Source: a bacterium (GTDB taxonomy: Bacteria > SM23-31). Taken from it: a DNA stretch of 64,000 nucleotides. Of the stretch, positions 41,690-54,162 are shown in pieces (position 1 is the stretch's first letter; every line of letters starts with the position of its first letter). A program made the translations under genes and the position numbers. The notes beneath the pieces were generated by a model that had not been told where the DNA came from, did no database searches, and saw nothing but the letters and a program-made list of their open reading frames with translations. The stretch is from contig OZ244870.1 in NCBI GenBank assembly GCA_965221205.1, forward strand, positions 1,118,782 to 1,182,781. The letters run 5' to 3'.

Positions 41690-43011
41690 TTACCTAAATT
41701 TATTATTTAGTTTCATCGCATTTTCATGCCGTTTCGCAATAAATTCAACTTGCCAGACTTTAATCGCGGCATCCAGTTCATACGATCTTTGACGGTGTGC
41801 AATTTCTACAGCATTAATATAGTCTTTATCCTGCATGATTGTCTTATATGCTTCAATAATACGGGCTTTGCCAGCTTCAGAAGCAGGTTTAAACTTTAAT
41901 TCATCACGTAAGGCAAAAGCATCATCGACAACTTCATTCGTCATATTATATTCTTTAATCCCACTCATAGCCAACGGAATTGATTTGTTTTCAAGAGCCT
42001 TAACAAGAAATAACTTTCCGTGCTCAATAGCTGTTTTCTTACTTTTATCAACGGTAAATCTTGTAAATATCTCGTACCCTTTTTTGAACGCAATCGCCGC
42101 ATTTAATTCATCGTTTTCCAACAATGCATTTATGATATGCTTTGCTCGATTCGACAAGAGAAGTAAACTCATCAAAAGGTAGCGGGGTAACAAACAGATT
42201 AAATGAGTCACGTATTATGAACTTGGCGGATTAAAGGTTATTGCTTTTAAGATAGGAATTATGGGCACTAACAGCTATAGTATAGAACCGCCGTACAAAA
42301 TCTTTCAAAAAGCTGTTATTGAACGGCTGAGCATTCAATTTGTTTGCTTCTGCAAATTCTTTCATAAGCTGGAGCTTGCCATGGTCAAATGATGGCGTTA
42401 TAAATTTCTCGGCAAGTTCGATAACAAGATTTTCAGCATCTTTTCCGGAAAACTCTCCAAATTATAGTATCATTCAATAATTTGAATTCATCGATAAGTT
42501 TATGGATCATTATCAACTTCACCGTTTTTGATGAATTCATTACATGTCTTGATGACAGCCGACATTATCCCGTCTTTCGAGAGATTAAACGTTTTTCCTA
42601 AACGTGCTGCACTATAAAAATCTTCTTCACTAATAATCTTGTTAAAAGCTACCATGGTCATACTAATCAATGATTCTTTTCTCAATTTGTATTTCTGTAC
42701 TATTTTAAGCGCTTCTTCAACGTTTTCCTCATCTAAATATTTTTCAAACGCAGAAAGTCCTGATCTGAGAATGAATACTTATCTGCTACGTACAACGCCA
42801 CATCAAACGGTTCAGTTTCTTTAAGCACTGCAAATGCTTCTTTTGCATGTAAATTGACAACGTTATCAGGTATCATTTTATCAGTTTGCAGTGCAATTGC
42901 TTCTTCGACCTTGCCATTGAGCAACAGTTCTCGGAGTTGCTGCCCTACATCATCGAATTGCCCATCTCGTTGAATATTTTCACTTGTATTGGACATAGTC
43001 ATGCGTCCCAC
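41690..43011 (-). other. AT-rich cluster of co-directional small ORFs (41690-42211, ~42240-42480, 42500-42685, 42733-43011), possibly fragments of one decayed gene; function unknown
   Basis: Consecutive same-strand ORFs separated by single stops or frame changes. Low GC relative to flanks. No recognisable motifs. Confidence 0.3.
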
Positions 43012-43860
43012 TATTGAATCTTTACTAAAGGATATTACCCTAAACTGGTATCCCCCATCTCAGTCATCTTAAAAAGATTAATTGGATTCTTGTTTAAAGG
43101 TGAAGCGAAGTTAAATTTGTGATATAGTTTCTTGTAATACCCTGTTTTTTGGGAGTTTCCATGATTGGGAGTTTCCATGATAAGGTAAGCATTTTACATT
43201 CGCAAGTGTTTTTTTATCTCAACATAAAATTGAGATAACCGTTCCAACTGAAAATCCACGTATCTATAGACATAAAAAATAAGACGGCGGAAGCTATGGA
43301 TGACACACAGATATAGAATCCGTTTATCGGATGGTTGTAAAGCAAACTATTTATCAACTTACAACAATGAATCAGTTCATAATAACTTGGACAGATTATC
43401 AAACAGCTTCCAACACCGCAATATCATGATTATTTATCTCAAATCTCATAAACGCCTTAAAAAGCAAAGTGAGAAACCCGGATATATCAATTTTAAAGAT
43501 GATTAAATGTATTATTCTAAAATCTATAGAGAATTCTTTTAATTCTGAAGTATTATTACATGGATTTCCATTCATATCAACGAAAATAAATCCCACTAAG
43601 AACTGGTGACATACAATTTGTGTACATCGATATCGTCCATATGTAGTGTAAATTCAAGATTAATCAGCTCACATACAAATTCTGCACAGAGTTTTACGTA
43701 GCGTAAGGTATAGAATTTACACTTATAAAATACGAGTGTTCGCAGATCGAGTTGAAACTATTGCTAATCGAGCCCTTATCTGAAAACCAAAAAGATGATT
43801 GATATATTTCTATAAATACTTTAAAATTAAACCTTTAACTTCAACATATTTCCTATACCA

Positions 43861-44581
43861 AAAGCATTGTAGATCCAAGAAGTGATCTGTTCGAATTGGT
43901 CGTTATAGCCCTTGACATGGTCGCCCATTCCCATTTTATCAACGACTGTACGGAAACTGCGCTGACCTGCTGGTGTATTGATCAGATCGGAAACAGCATC
44001 CGCTACATTTTGTTGATTTTACTCTTTGTTAGTCGGTTAGTTGCGAATGCTTTTTCAAAGTTAGTGAAAAACTCCATAGGTTCTCTAGTAAAATCACCAT
44101 AACTGGAATCTCGGGTTGAATCACTTGATTTCATAAGTCTGTCCATAAATGAAGTGGGATAACCATCTGGTTCAACAATGCACGAATCTATGCCAATACC
44201 CGAATCGCGCATGTGAGGAAGAATCGCTCGGTTAACTCTCTGTACTCCAAACACATTGATATTGAACAGGTTTTGCCAGTCTTCAGGAGTGAAGATTTCC
44301 TGCAAGTCGATGACGCTAACATCTGCGTTGTTGACTACCACATCAATACCGCCGGCCATTTCAATGGCATTTTCCACGCCATGGTTAACACTAATGTCGT
44401 TGGTTACATCAATTTCCACGGTATGAGCTCCGACTTCTTTTAATTCTTCAGCTACCGTTTTGTTTTTACTCTCTGCCCCTCTCATTGAGGCGACAACTGT
44501 GTGCCCGCTCTTAAGTAATGTAAGCGTGATTAATTTTACAAATCCGCTACTGGCACCAGTGATAAGTATTTTTTTGGACAT
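43861..44581 (-). pseudogene. Short-chain dehydrogenase/reductase with a frameshift near 44000-44040
   Basis: N-terminus KKILITGASSGFVK in ORF 44003-44581. The characteristic C-terminus (VADAVSDLINTPAGQRSFRTVVDKMGMGDHVKGYNDQFEQ) is encoded in a different minus-strand frame at 43861-44010. Confidence 0.65.
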
Positions 44582-44665
44582 TTTTTTCTCCTTGGATTTA
44601 TCAGGTTGTTACGTGTGTAGTTTGTGTTTAGTTTAATGTTTGGCTCTTAATTATCTTTGGAGTAT

Positions 44666-45245
44666 TTAGCTCTTCAATAACTTGAAAGCGTGCGTCCAGC
44701 GATTTTCTCGGAAACCTGGTATACACCAAAGAATACACAGCGGCTCGATCGCGCAGGCAGCTTCGGCTTTACCTATATCTTCAACAAATAAACATGGTGG
44801 GTTTAGATTCAAAATCCGGATCAACCATAAAATGACTCCCAACACAGCTAAACACTTTAACAAAATTTGCCTCGGGTGCTTGCACCTGAAGTTGTTCCAT
44901 TAAAGAACCATCAAAGTTGGTAAAAAACTTCAATACTCCATTAACCGGTTCTGTATTCGCAATTGGATTTGTCGCGTCGATTACGGTTTTGTTAGTTAGA
45001 TTGTGGATGCCCGCAAGTTTGACTGCGTTTTCCGCTACCGTTCCTTTTGTAGCAAGAACAATAATCTCGCCGAATACCGCAGTTTCGCCAAATGTTCCGA
45101 TCTTCAGATTTCCGCTGATCTCTGTTTTCCATTCAACCAGTTTACCCGGCTCACGTGACTCTGCCATCACCTCATATCTATATTTACTAAAACCAGCAGC
45201 CAGCGCTTTTCCGACGACACCAGAACCTATGATTCCAATTTTCAA
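44666..45245 (-). pseudogene. NADP-dependent oxidoreductase of the F420-dependent NADP reductase-like dinucleotide-binding family, frameshifted
   Basis: N-terminal Rossmann MKIGIIGSGVVGKALAAGF in ORF 44781-45245. The C-terminal part (VEDIGKAEAACAIEPLCILW) is in another frame, in ORF 44666-44863. Confidence 0.55.
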
Positions 45246-45475
45246 TAAATTCTCCTAATTTATATTTTGTTGTACATACAATAGTTGAAATAAAAAAATT
45301 ATTCGAGTTTTATTACTGTTTCATAAATTTTTGATGTAAGTTTAGAAGCTTCTTCCTTACCCATAATATTTGTATACCTGTTGTATAAATTCATCCAAAC
45401 TTCTTTAATTTTAACGTGATTATCCCCTTGACGTACGAGAACTCCGTCCTTATATTGGGGGTAAGGACCTTCGAT

Positions 45476-46396
45476 ATGGCAAAAAATCTCTCGATTTTAG
45501 ACTTCTTCAAAACTTTTCCGGATGACGATTCTTGTCTTGAACACCTTATGCTCAGACGCTTTGGCAATCCATTGGCATATCCGAAGTGCGGTAAAGTAAG
45601 GATGCTTCGCCAAGCTGAAGAAACTCCCAGCCATGGTGAGAACGCCTTTCGAGCGAAGCAGAATACTGCTTCAAAAGTGGTACTATGCCATGTACTTGTT
45701 CAGCACCTCCCGTCACGGCGTTCTCGCGAAAGGAGCTGCAACGCCAGTTGGGTGTTACCTACAAGACAGCGTGGTGCATGAGCCATGAACTGCGCAAACA
45801 TATGGCCAAGGTGGTGGACGGTGAGAGGCCGCTGGGCGGGATCGTCGAAGCCGACGAGAAGCGTGGGCGCGGCGCACCCGACAAGACTGGTGTTCGGGAT
45901 GCTTGAGCGAGATGGTGACGTGATGGTGAGAGTAGTGCTAGACGTGCGCAAGCGGATTCTTCAACCGGTCGTGGCCGGAAACGTTGAACATAGGAGCATC
46001 GTACACACTGACGAATTGCGATCCTATGGAAGGGGGTTGAACAAGGCGGGTTATGCCCATAAGACGGTCAACCATGGGACAGGTGAATATTTGGATGGCA
46101 ACTGCCACGTCAACAGCCTTGAGGGGTTTTGGGTTCGTCTGAAACTGTCGATCTTGAGGACGCATGTTCACGTGTCTCGGCAGCATCTTCAGAAGTATGT
46201 GAAAGAGTTTGAGTATCGATATAACCTTCGGAAGACTCCTCATTTGATGTTTGGCGCTTTGCTCGCCAGACTCGCGCAGACGCCTGCGGACCATAGAAGC
46301 GAACATTCTATCAAAACGCTTCCAGTTGCCGTTACTCAGATGCTCTTTAGCGAAACGATACAATTTCCCGGATTTCCGAGGTTCCCCAAGGCTTAG
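45476..46396 (+). mobile_element. Degraded IS1595-family (ISXO2-like) transposase gene split over three frames; high GC relative to surroundings
   Basis: N-terminal zinc-ribbon-type region MAKNLSILDFFKTFPDDDSCLEHLMLRRFG...PKCG. Middle KELQRQLGVTYKTAWCMSHELRKHM. DDE region HTDELRSYGRGL...NSLEGFWVRLK. These lie in ORFs 45416-45781, 45685-45906 and 45785-46396. Confidence 0.7.
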
Positions 46397-46610
46397 GTAG
46401 CGACCGCGTGCCATTTTATTCTTCTTCGATTTTCGCCAATATAGTCTTCTTGCCATGTCGCAACTCCCACCGGCTTTCACCCAAGTAGTCTTGCCTTCTT
46501 GACAATGAAGATCATTGATGAAATTGAGGCGATTTCAGTCTCGCGAATCGCCAATGCCTCTATGTTTTCAATGTCCCAACGGAGGGCGAGCTTCATGATC
46601 GTTGCGCGCG

Positions 46611-47221
46611 TCATCTGTGATCATTGCCGCGCTGTCTCCTTCCATAAGGCCATCTTTGGCTCTTCTGAAAGCCCTCAACTGCGTCCAGCAGCGCGTCTGG
46701 TCTCACGGGAGCGTAATCTGGCAAATGACACACGTTAGTTTCTGCCGCCAGTCGCCAAAGGTTGTGCTGTAACGCTGCTGAGTCTTTTGGGGTGCTCTCT
46801 GAATCAATCCATCTCAGAACGGCATATTTCGCGTTTACAAGATACTTTCCGACTTGGGGCTTCCAGGCCTGATCGTCAATCGCACTGAGTCTGTGGCGGA
46901 GCCACGTCTTCTCAGCGAACTCGCTTCGATGTCTTCCAACACCATCACTGTTTCGATGTTGGAATCGATTGAACTCAGAAGCTCTAGATCCAACCGCTCG
47001 CACGCCAGTATAAAATAGCGCGTTGCGGTGAAGACGCGTGATGCTGACCCTTCACTGCGCTTGAAATCAATTTGGAATGGGAAATCTGACATAGCCGGTT
47101 CCGGCTTGTGAGTAGTAAGTGCCACCTCGACCACGCCTAAGACTCCATTCTGACATAGTCGGGAATACTGGATATTCCGCCGGATACGTTGAGTTGTTGG
47201 CCGCGCTGCAACTGCAAACAC
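46611..47221 (-). other. High-GC hypothetical gene in two overlapping frames (46611-47003 and 46835-47221), probably co-acquired with the IS1595 remnant and frameshifted
   Basis: Two overlapping same-strand ORFs with similar GC-rich codon usage. No recognisable motif. Confidence 0.3.
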
Positions 47222-47767
47222 TGCTCATAATTCATCATTGAGTTGGCGTCCAATATGAACAACCATCGTTGTGCCTCCTATTTTGATGCTTCGTTATTAT
47301 CCGTGCTAATGCATTCGCTGAATAGTATAAACAGCTACAATATTTGGAATCTTTTCGTTCCATTGTTGTGTAAGATAACAAAAAATATTTGTATATGCAA
47401 ACAATATAGGACTTTCAAATAACTATAATAATTTAATAGACGTGGTTAGAATTGCTTGTAGAATGTATTTGAAAACTTAAATATCAGATAATTAAAAACA
47501 CTTGCAAAAACTAAAAGCATCTCTTAATTTTTAGCTAATCCTGTCCGAATTGTTTTGACGACGTACAATAATCAGCAAATAAATATCTTTTCAGTTAATT
47601 ATCTTATTATTTGGAAGTTAAATCGATGAACATAATACAAAAAGCACATGTTCCCTCCTTAAATTCTGCTGTATTTAGTGTTTAAGAGCACATATGCTCA
47701 GAGTTATCAGATACAAACCGTACAGGATGTAAAAAATATTCTTCCTTAATGGGGCCAAGTTAAGATC

Positions 47768-47977
47768 ATGGACTGGGTTTTGAAATTGAAACTGGAAACT
47801 GTACTTCCTGAGGTGTTGAGACGTGGAAGGGTTGACATGTGGGTAGTACGGAATAATGAAGGACCTTCATATCATTCACTACTCCCCGGCGATGATGAAG
47901 GATTTGTTAAAAGCAGGCCCCATTATCTCGTATCTTACGACTGCGGCGAATTGATAACCTTGCGGATATTATCATAA
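47768..47977 (+). pseudogene. Possible short remnant of an M24-like family N-terminal region
   Basis: KLETVLPEVLRRGRVDMWVVRNNEGP resembles LDLILPGVMRDNNVDMWIHVTRAGNP of the 48551 protein. Weak, eye-alignment only. Confidence 0.25.
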
Positions 47978-48550
47978 TATGCAACCCGCAAAAAATCGGA
48001 ATACGGTGGCAGGCAGAGTTTTATCTGAATCAGGTAGCAAGATATGGTAGTAATTGCACCATTTATATTAATTAAAAATGTGAAGTTCCTGTTTCTATAT
48101 TCCGGCAGGATGTATCTTACAGACTCATATCACAAAAAGATGTGGTTCTATCTACCAATCGAACGGATTAATTTAATTCGCTGAAGTTTAATAATTCATA
48201 CAGCTCCAAGAGCAGATAATCCTTGTAAAGTCATAATGCATTCCGTATTATTCATACTCATAGCACCGATTTATTCTGGCAACATACTTCAAACCTCAAT
48301 TCGTAAAATTAATTCACTATTTACCGTTATTTCTCTTTTATTAATGAGAAATAGTATGCATAAGAAAATGGAGTATCCTTATCATTTAATTCTGCTAGTA
48401 ACTCCGGAGGCAAATGATTAGTCTCTAAAAAAATAGTGCAAAAATTGCAGTATGAAAATTACACTCCGTACATCCCGGATGCAGAAAACACTATCATAAA
48501 GTATATGCATACTTTAAATATTAATCCAAATAATATAAAAGGCAAAAATT

Positions 48551-49981
48551 ATGCTATTGCGAGTTATGGTATATTTAATATCTGTGATGTTCATAGTTCC
48601 TGTTATATATGCCCAGCCGGGTGTCCATACCGCAAAGAGCGGTTCTGATGTTCTCCGATTGATACGGAATGAAAAACTTGATCTTATCCTTCCGGGAGTT
48701 ATGCGTGACAATAATGTGGATATGTGGATTCATGTCACACGTGCGGGAAATCCTGACCCATTGGCTGAGAATTTTGGATTGACGTCAGGTTGTCTAATTT
48801 TTACTGACCTGGGTGATAGGATTGAGCGGGCTGTGTTTGGTTCAGCAGGAGCTGTTGAAAATATTGACATACGCGGCTCCAATAAAATTGCTATGGCTAT
48901 CGCGGGATATAAGTATCGAACTCAAGACTTCTCAGTTTATGACGAATTGAGAGAGTTTGTTGAAGAGCGTGACCCGCGGACGATTGCAGTCAATACATCT
49001 GATTGGCTCGCGGTAGCAGACGGCATATCATATTCTCAATATGTAAAATTGGAAAAAATCTTAGGACTGAGATATTCAGCAAGAATTATCTCTGCAGAAA
49101 ATGTTATCACCGATTTCAGAGTGCGAAGGATTCTAAGAGAAATTGCTGCCTTTACAAATGCTACAGAAATTCATCGTCGAATCCTTGAGCGCGCATTATC
49201 TCGTGAAGTAATTAAACCGGGTGTAACAACTTTGGAAGATGTTGGTTGGTGGGTAAAGGAGCAGTTTTATAAGAGAGATTTAATAAATGGTTATAGTATT
49301 GAGGTAGATATCCCCCGGGTACTCTATTCAGCAAAATCAAAACGTATTGATCCACCTGATGTCAGGTGGTGGATCCATCATAAAAAATATGTATTACGGC
49401 GTGGTGATTTTTTTACGTTTAAAGTTGGTGTACGCTATCTTGACTACTTCTCTACAGATTTTAAACGTAATGCTTACATTGTGCAGGAAGGGGAAACACG
49501 TATTCCTGAGAGTATTCAAAATTCCTTTGACAAGGCACTGGAAGCTCGTGAGATTATTCGAAAAAATATAATAGTTGACAGAACCGCCGGGAAAACGCTG
49601 GAAGTAATAGTTTCTGCATTGGAAGATGCTGATTATATACAAGTACATTTTAACGATATTGGTACTGACGGCTATATGGAGATACAGAAAGCACTTGCTG
49701 ATACCAAGAAATCAGGATTTTTTATCGATCTTAATAGCGAAGTTTACAGCACTGGCGGCTTGGTTACTCTCGGACCTTCTATGGCGCAGTTTCGTCAGGA
49801 CCGGGCACATTTGAGAATACAGGAAAATTATCTGTTTTCATTTGAATTTCAGATACATACCAATCTTCCAGAAAGACCAGGTTTCCCTATTTCCATTAAT
49901 ATAGAAGGAAACCACGTCGTATCCAGCCGGGGAGTAGAATTTCTTCATCCACCAAATGAGAATATTATACTGATTCATTGA
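48551..49981 (+). CDS. Secreted M24-like (creatinase N-domain plus pita-bread fold, Xaa-Pro peptidase-like) protein; intact copy of a locally expanded family
   Basis: 476 aa with signal peptide. Pita-bread-like motifs GDFFTFKVGVRYLDYFSTDFKRNA (compare DxGxxxxGYxSDxTRT), FSFEFQIHT and NIEGNHVVSSRGVEFL. The usual HxxGHxxGxxxHE segment is replaced by VHFNDIGTDGYME. Confidence 0.55.
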   Translation: MLLRVMVYLISVMFIVPVIYAQPGVHTAKSGSDVLRLIRNEKLDLILPGVMRDNNVDMWIHVTRAGNPDPLAENFGLTSGCLIFTDLGDRIERAVFGSAGAVENIDIRGSNKIAMAIAGYKYRTQDFSVYDELREFVEERDPRTIAVNTSDWLAVADGISYSQYVKLEKILGLRYSARIISAENVITDFRVRRILREIAAFTNATEIHRRILERALSREVIKPGVTTLEDVGWWVKEQFYKRDLINGYSIEVDIPRVLYSAKSKRIDPPDVRWWIHHKKYVLRRGDFFTFKVGVRYLDYFSTDFKRNAYIVQEGETRIPESIQNSFDKALEAREIIRKNIIVDRTAGKTLEVIVSALEDADYIQVHFNDIGTDGYMEIQKALADTKKSGFFIDLNSEVYSTGGLVTLGPSMAQFRQDRAHLRIQENYLFSFEFQIHTNLPERPGFPISINIEGNHVVSSRGVEFLHPPNENIILIH

Positions 49982-50035
49982 ACTTAGAGCAAACAGCAAT
50001 GAAGGAAACTCAAATATGTTTATTCGAAATGTTTT

Positions 50036-51482
50036 ATGTGCGATCTTTTTTTGTCCTTATCGCTGAATTTTTGTAGTTCAAAAACTGCTGAATCAGTATC
50101 GACTGATATGGCTATGACCAATGTTCAGACTCAGGAAGAGGACGAATTAAAGGAACTGCAGAATCAGATTCGCCGGGACAAGTTTGACCTTATACTACCT
50201 CAAATCATGCGGGAATACGATATCGACATGTGGATTCATGTAATGAGAGAAGAGGTTTTTCATTCCTTTGGTTACTATATAGCTTCTGGTTTTTATGCAG
50301 AATTGGGCAGCAACTCCGGTGTTTTCGTTTTTACGAATCGTGGTGGTGATAGGATTGAACGGGCGGTTCTCGGTCGTCGATGGAGAAATCCGGAACCCCG
50401 AGTGCAAAACGCTAATGATGTGGTTGAAGAAAGTGGGACTTACGACATAATTGGCGAAACAGTTGATCGGATACAAATCATGACGGAGCACAATAATCCG
50501 GGAGGCCCAGAAACAGAATATGATCACCGATTTGATGGCATCGGAGAGGCTGTAAATTACATGGAAAAACTGGGACACCACGTTGGCGCACCTACAAACG
50601 ACGGCATTTAGTATACAGATTATCTCCTATTGACTAAAGAACTCGGTAATAAATATGCCGAGAGACTGGTTTCATCTGAGTATATGATGTACGACCATAT
50701 TTCGGGACCGGTAAAGAGCGAACTTGTAAATGTATAAGAAAATACGTAAGTGGGTCGACGAAAATTTAGAGAGAGAATTTTCTCAAATCGAACTAGGTGT
50801 AACCAAATTGAGAGATGTTGGTGCTACTGTCTTGGACAAGAGCCCTGGAGACGGATTTAACACGAAGTGCGGAATTACAAGAAGAGGTGATCGTGTATTC
50901 CAGAGAGGCGACTTCTTTCGAATCGGACATGGTACTGAGGCAGAGTACGACCTACGGGGTATCGAACACACGTGGCAATTCGGGAACTTCTTCGAGCTCA
51001 AAACAGAATACGGATACGTGCTCCGTAAATGGAGAAGTGGGACCACCTTCACAGCTCAAAAAATTCTTGGCAGGTGCTATGAATATCCGTCAGATTTTGG
51101 AAGATAACATCAAGGTGGGTCGTACCGGGAGTGAAACGTTGAAAATCCTCAAGCCAAAACTTGCAGAAGCAGGATTTATTGTTAACGATAGACAACAATA
51201 TTACAAAGATCTGGATTCCTGAAAGAATCCAGGTATCTATCGACTTACATGCGGTGGGTAAAGGAACGTATGCCCCTTAGGATTGGTACTTACTGTCCGG
51301 ATTGGCATCACGATATGACACTTCAACTCTATCACCACTTTGTTATGGAAATGTTTATTTATATGCCGGTCGATGATAGGGAGAACTTTTGGAATTTGTG
51401 GTTTCATGACAGTGCGTATATCACCGAACGTGGTGTCGAGTATTTTTTTCCACCGCCCAGTGAGATCCGTCTCATTCACTGA
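50036..51482 (+). pseudogene. Disrupted tandem paralog of the M24-like family, in at least four frames
   Basis: ORFs 50036-50611, 50730-51107, 50815-51222 and 51249-51482 each align to successive parts of the 48551 protein (FDLILPQIMREYDIDMWIHV; GGDRIERAVLG; RGDFFRIGHGTEAEYD; MNIRQILEDNIKVGRTGSETLKIL; VEYFFPPPSEIRLIH). Confidence 0.7.
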
Positions 51483-51622
51483 TGATTCGCAAATCGTATA
51501 GACTGATGAGTGAGAATCACTTGTGATAGCCAAATGCTTGCTATGCTATTCAAATCAAATGTCCAAAATGTTCTGACGACTTATATTTTTCTCATCTTAA
51601 CTAAATCTCAGGAACATGTGTT

Positions 51623-53340
51623 ATGACATTAAATAAAATAATCCGGGTTTTGTTTGTTTTAATGTTACCATACTTCTTCTTAAACTCATCGGAATTATTT
51701 GGACAACAACTTCCTCAAGAATTATTGGAATTCTTTCATTACCGTTCGATCGGTCCGACGCGACAAGGAGGCAGAATCGTTGATTTTGCAGTCCCTCTTC
51801 AGCAAAGCAACACATTTTATACAGCAACGGCAAATGGAGGAAGAACTTGGGAAAAGTCACTCAGCGCTATGCAAAATGGAAGGGATATCGGTGCAGTTGA
51901 CCTTGTCATGGACCCCTAAAATCCTACAATTCTCTACGCATCAAGTTACGACAGGATTGCTAAACCATGGACGTTTTATGAAGGCTGGTCGGGGGGCGGA
52001 ATTCACAAAACTACTGACGGAGGAAAATCCTGGACTAAGCTATTTAATGGTCTTCCAAGTGAAAATGTTGGTAGAATCGGATTAACGATCTCTCCTCAAA
52101 ATCCTGATATCCTCTATGCTTACATCTTGGAAGACAGGAATTCAGACGGCAGGTACGAGAACAGAATTTACCGTTGACAGTGGCAGGACATGGAACCGTG
52201 TATTCGAGTACGGTGGAAATCATCATGCACTTTGGATCGATCCAAGAGATAAAAATCATATATTATCCGGTTACGATTACGGCCTGGCTATAACATACGA
52301 TGGTGGTAAAAATTGGTACCACTCTGATGAACTGCCGCTTGTGCAGATCTATGAGATCGGTGTTGACATGGCATATCTCTATAATGTGTACGGAGGAGCA
52401 CAAGATTTTGGAACTTTTAAAGGGCCAAACACAAAAAAAGGACGATTCCCGATCCGGTTTGAAGATTGAGAACATATACTCGGCGGAGACGGCTATTATA
52501 GTCAGGTCGATCCAAGCAATAACCACTGGCTTTATGCAGAATTCCAGAACGGTGGCCTCTCAAAAATTGACATGCAAAGCGGTAAAAGGAAACGCATTCG
52601 CTATACAGGCAACCCTGAACTCCGTTTCAATTTCAGTGCACCTATTCTCATTTCTCCTCATAATAGCAATGTTATATATCATGGAGCGAATGTGATTCTT
52701 CGCTCTTCTTTTCGAGATGAAAATTGGGAGGAGATAAGTCACGACCTCACGAAAAACGATCCCGATCTCAGGAATATCGGACCGCTTGCTCACAACACGA
52801 TTACAACACTTGCTGAGTCACCTGCTCGACCGGGAGTTATCTGGGTCGGGACGGATGACAGTAATGTTCAGCTGACCACTGATGGTGGAGAAACATGGAC
52901 GAATTTGAATAATCGAATCACCGGAAATCCGGGATACTGGGTCAGTAGAGTGTTGTATCGCATCATGATGCTGGTACGGCATATGTGACCTATACCGGAC
53001 GGAGACAGGACGATTTTTGACCGTTTGTATATAAGACTTCTGATTTTGGTCAAACTTGGGATTCTATATCGAACAATCTTCCCGATGACGAACCTGTTAA
53101 CGTTATCCGGGGAGATCATAGAAATTCCAATCTTCTTTTCCTCGGAACCGAAAAAGCTGTCTATGTATCCATCGACGGCAGTGAAAATTGGACAAAAATA
53201 CAAAATAGCATGCCGACAACAGGTGTGCAGGACTTAGTTGTCCACCCACACGCAAAAATGATCTCATTGTCGGCTCACACAGCAGAGGAATCTTTATTAC
53301 CGATATTTCACCACTGCAAGAACTAACTCCAGATGTTATT
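51623..53340 (+). pseudogene. BNR/Asp-box repeat protein (sortilin/GH74/Ycf48-like beta-propeller) with a signal peptide, broken by six or more frameshifts
   Basis: Overlapping ORFs 51623-51919, 51699-52085, 52116-52469, 52300-52695, 52572-52988 and 53025-53237 contain serial Asp-box-like motifs (TDGGKSWTKL, DSGRTWNRV, DGGKNWYHS, DGGETWTNL, DFGQTWDSI, DGSENWTKI). Confidence 0.65.
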
Positions 53341-54162
53341 GGAAAAAATGTTCACTTTTTCGACATTGAATCGAAAACATAGTGGATTATGACAAATCAA
53401 AAAGCGGTCAGCGCACAAAGTTATTCCGGTGAGAACGAACCACACAGAGTCGTGATTAATTATTACTTAAAAAAATCTATTCGCACTAATGTTTCAATAA
53501 TCTATTTACGATGGTTTGAATTTAATCAATGAGCTGACAGGTCCTGGTGAGGCTGGTCTTAACAGTGTCGAATAGAGTATGACAAAACGGAAACGGAATA
53601 GAACACCTGAGAAAATCGCAAGCTATGACCAGCAGGTTGCCAGTGCAAGATTAAATTATTGGTTTGATTACTATGATCCGGTCGACTCTTATGGTGATGC
53701 AGACGAAGAAGTAGACAAATATGGCCGTTCTCTCAGCACACATGTACACATTGAGCCAGACTACGCAGCCGTGAGCATATACTGTACGGGTATCCCCCGG
53801 AGTTTTTACAGTCAAACTTTCTGCGGGTGGTGAGGAACATTTCAAAGAAGCGGTTATACTAAAAGATCATTGGTACGATAGATAAAATCTGTTTTAATTG
53901 TTCATTATATGTTCAAGCAATAAAAGCTCAATACAAATTCTAATTGGATGGTTCGCAAATCGTACAACCCGAGGAGTAAATATCACTTGAAAAAGTTAAA
54001 TGTATCTCTTATATTTATGACAATACTATCCAACTTGTTCTAACGACGTACCCTTTCCGAATAGTTACACAACGCGATGAAACAAATTGATAATTTGAAT
54101 TAGCATCAATTTTCAACACAAATTCAAATTGTGTTCTAATTGAAGATAAAACTGAGAGTATA

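Noticed and set aside
43150-43180. Direct repeat gggagtttccatgat x2
   Set aside because: A single short duplication in non-coding AT-rich DNA with no associated structure. Probably a trivial slippage event.
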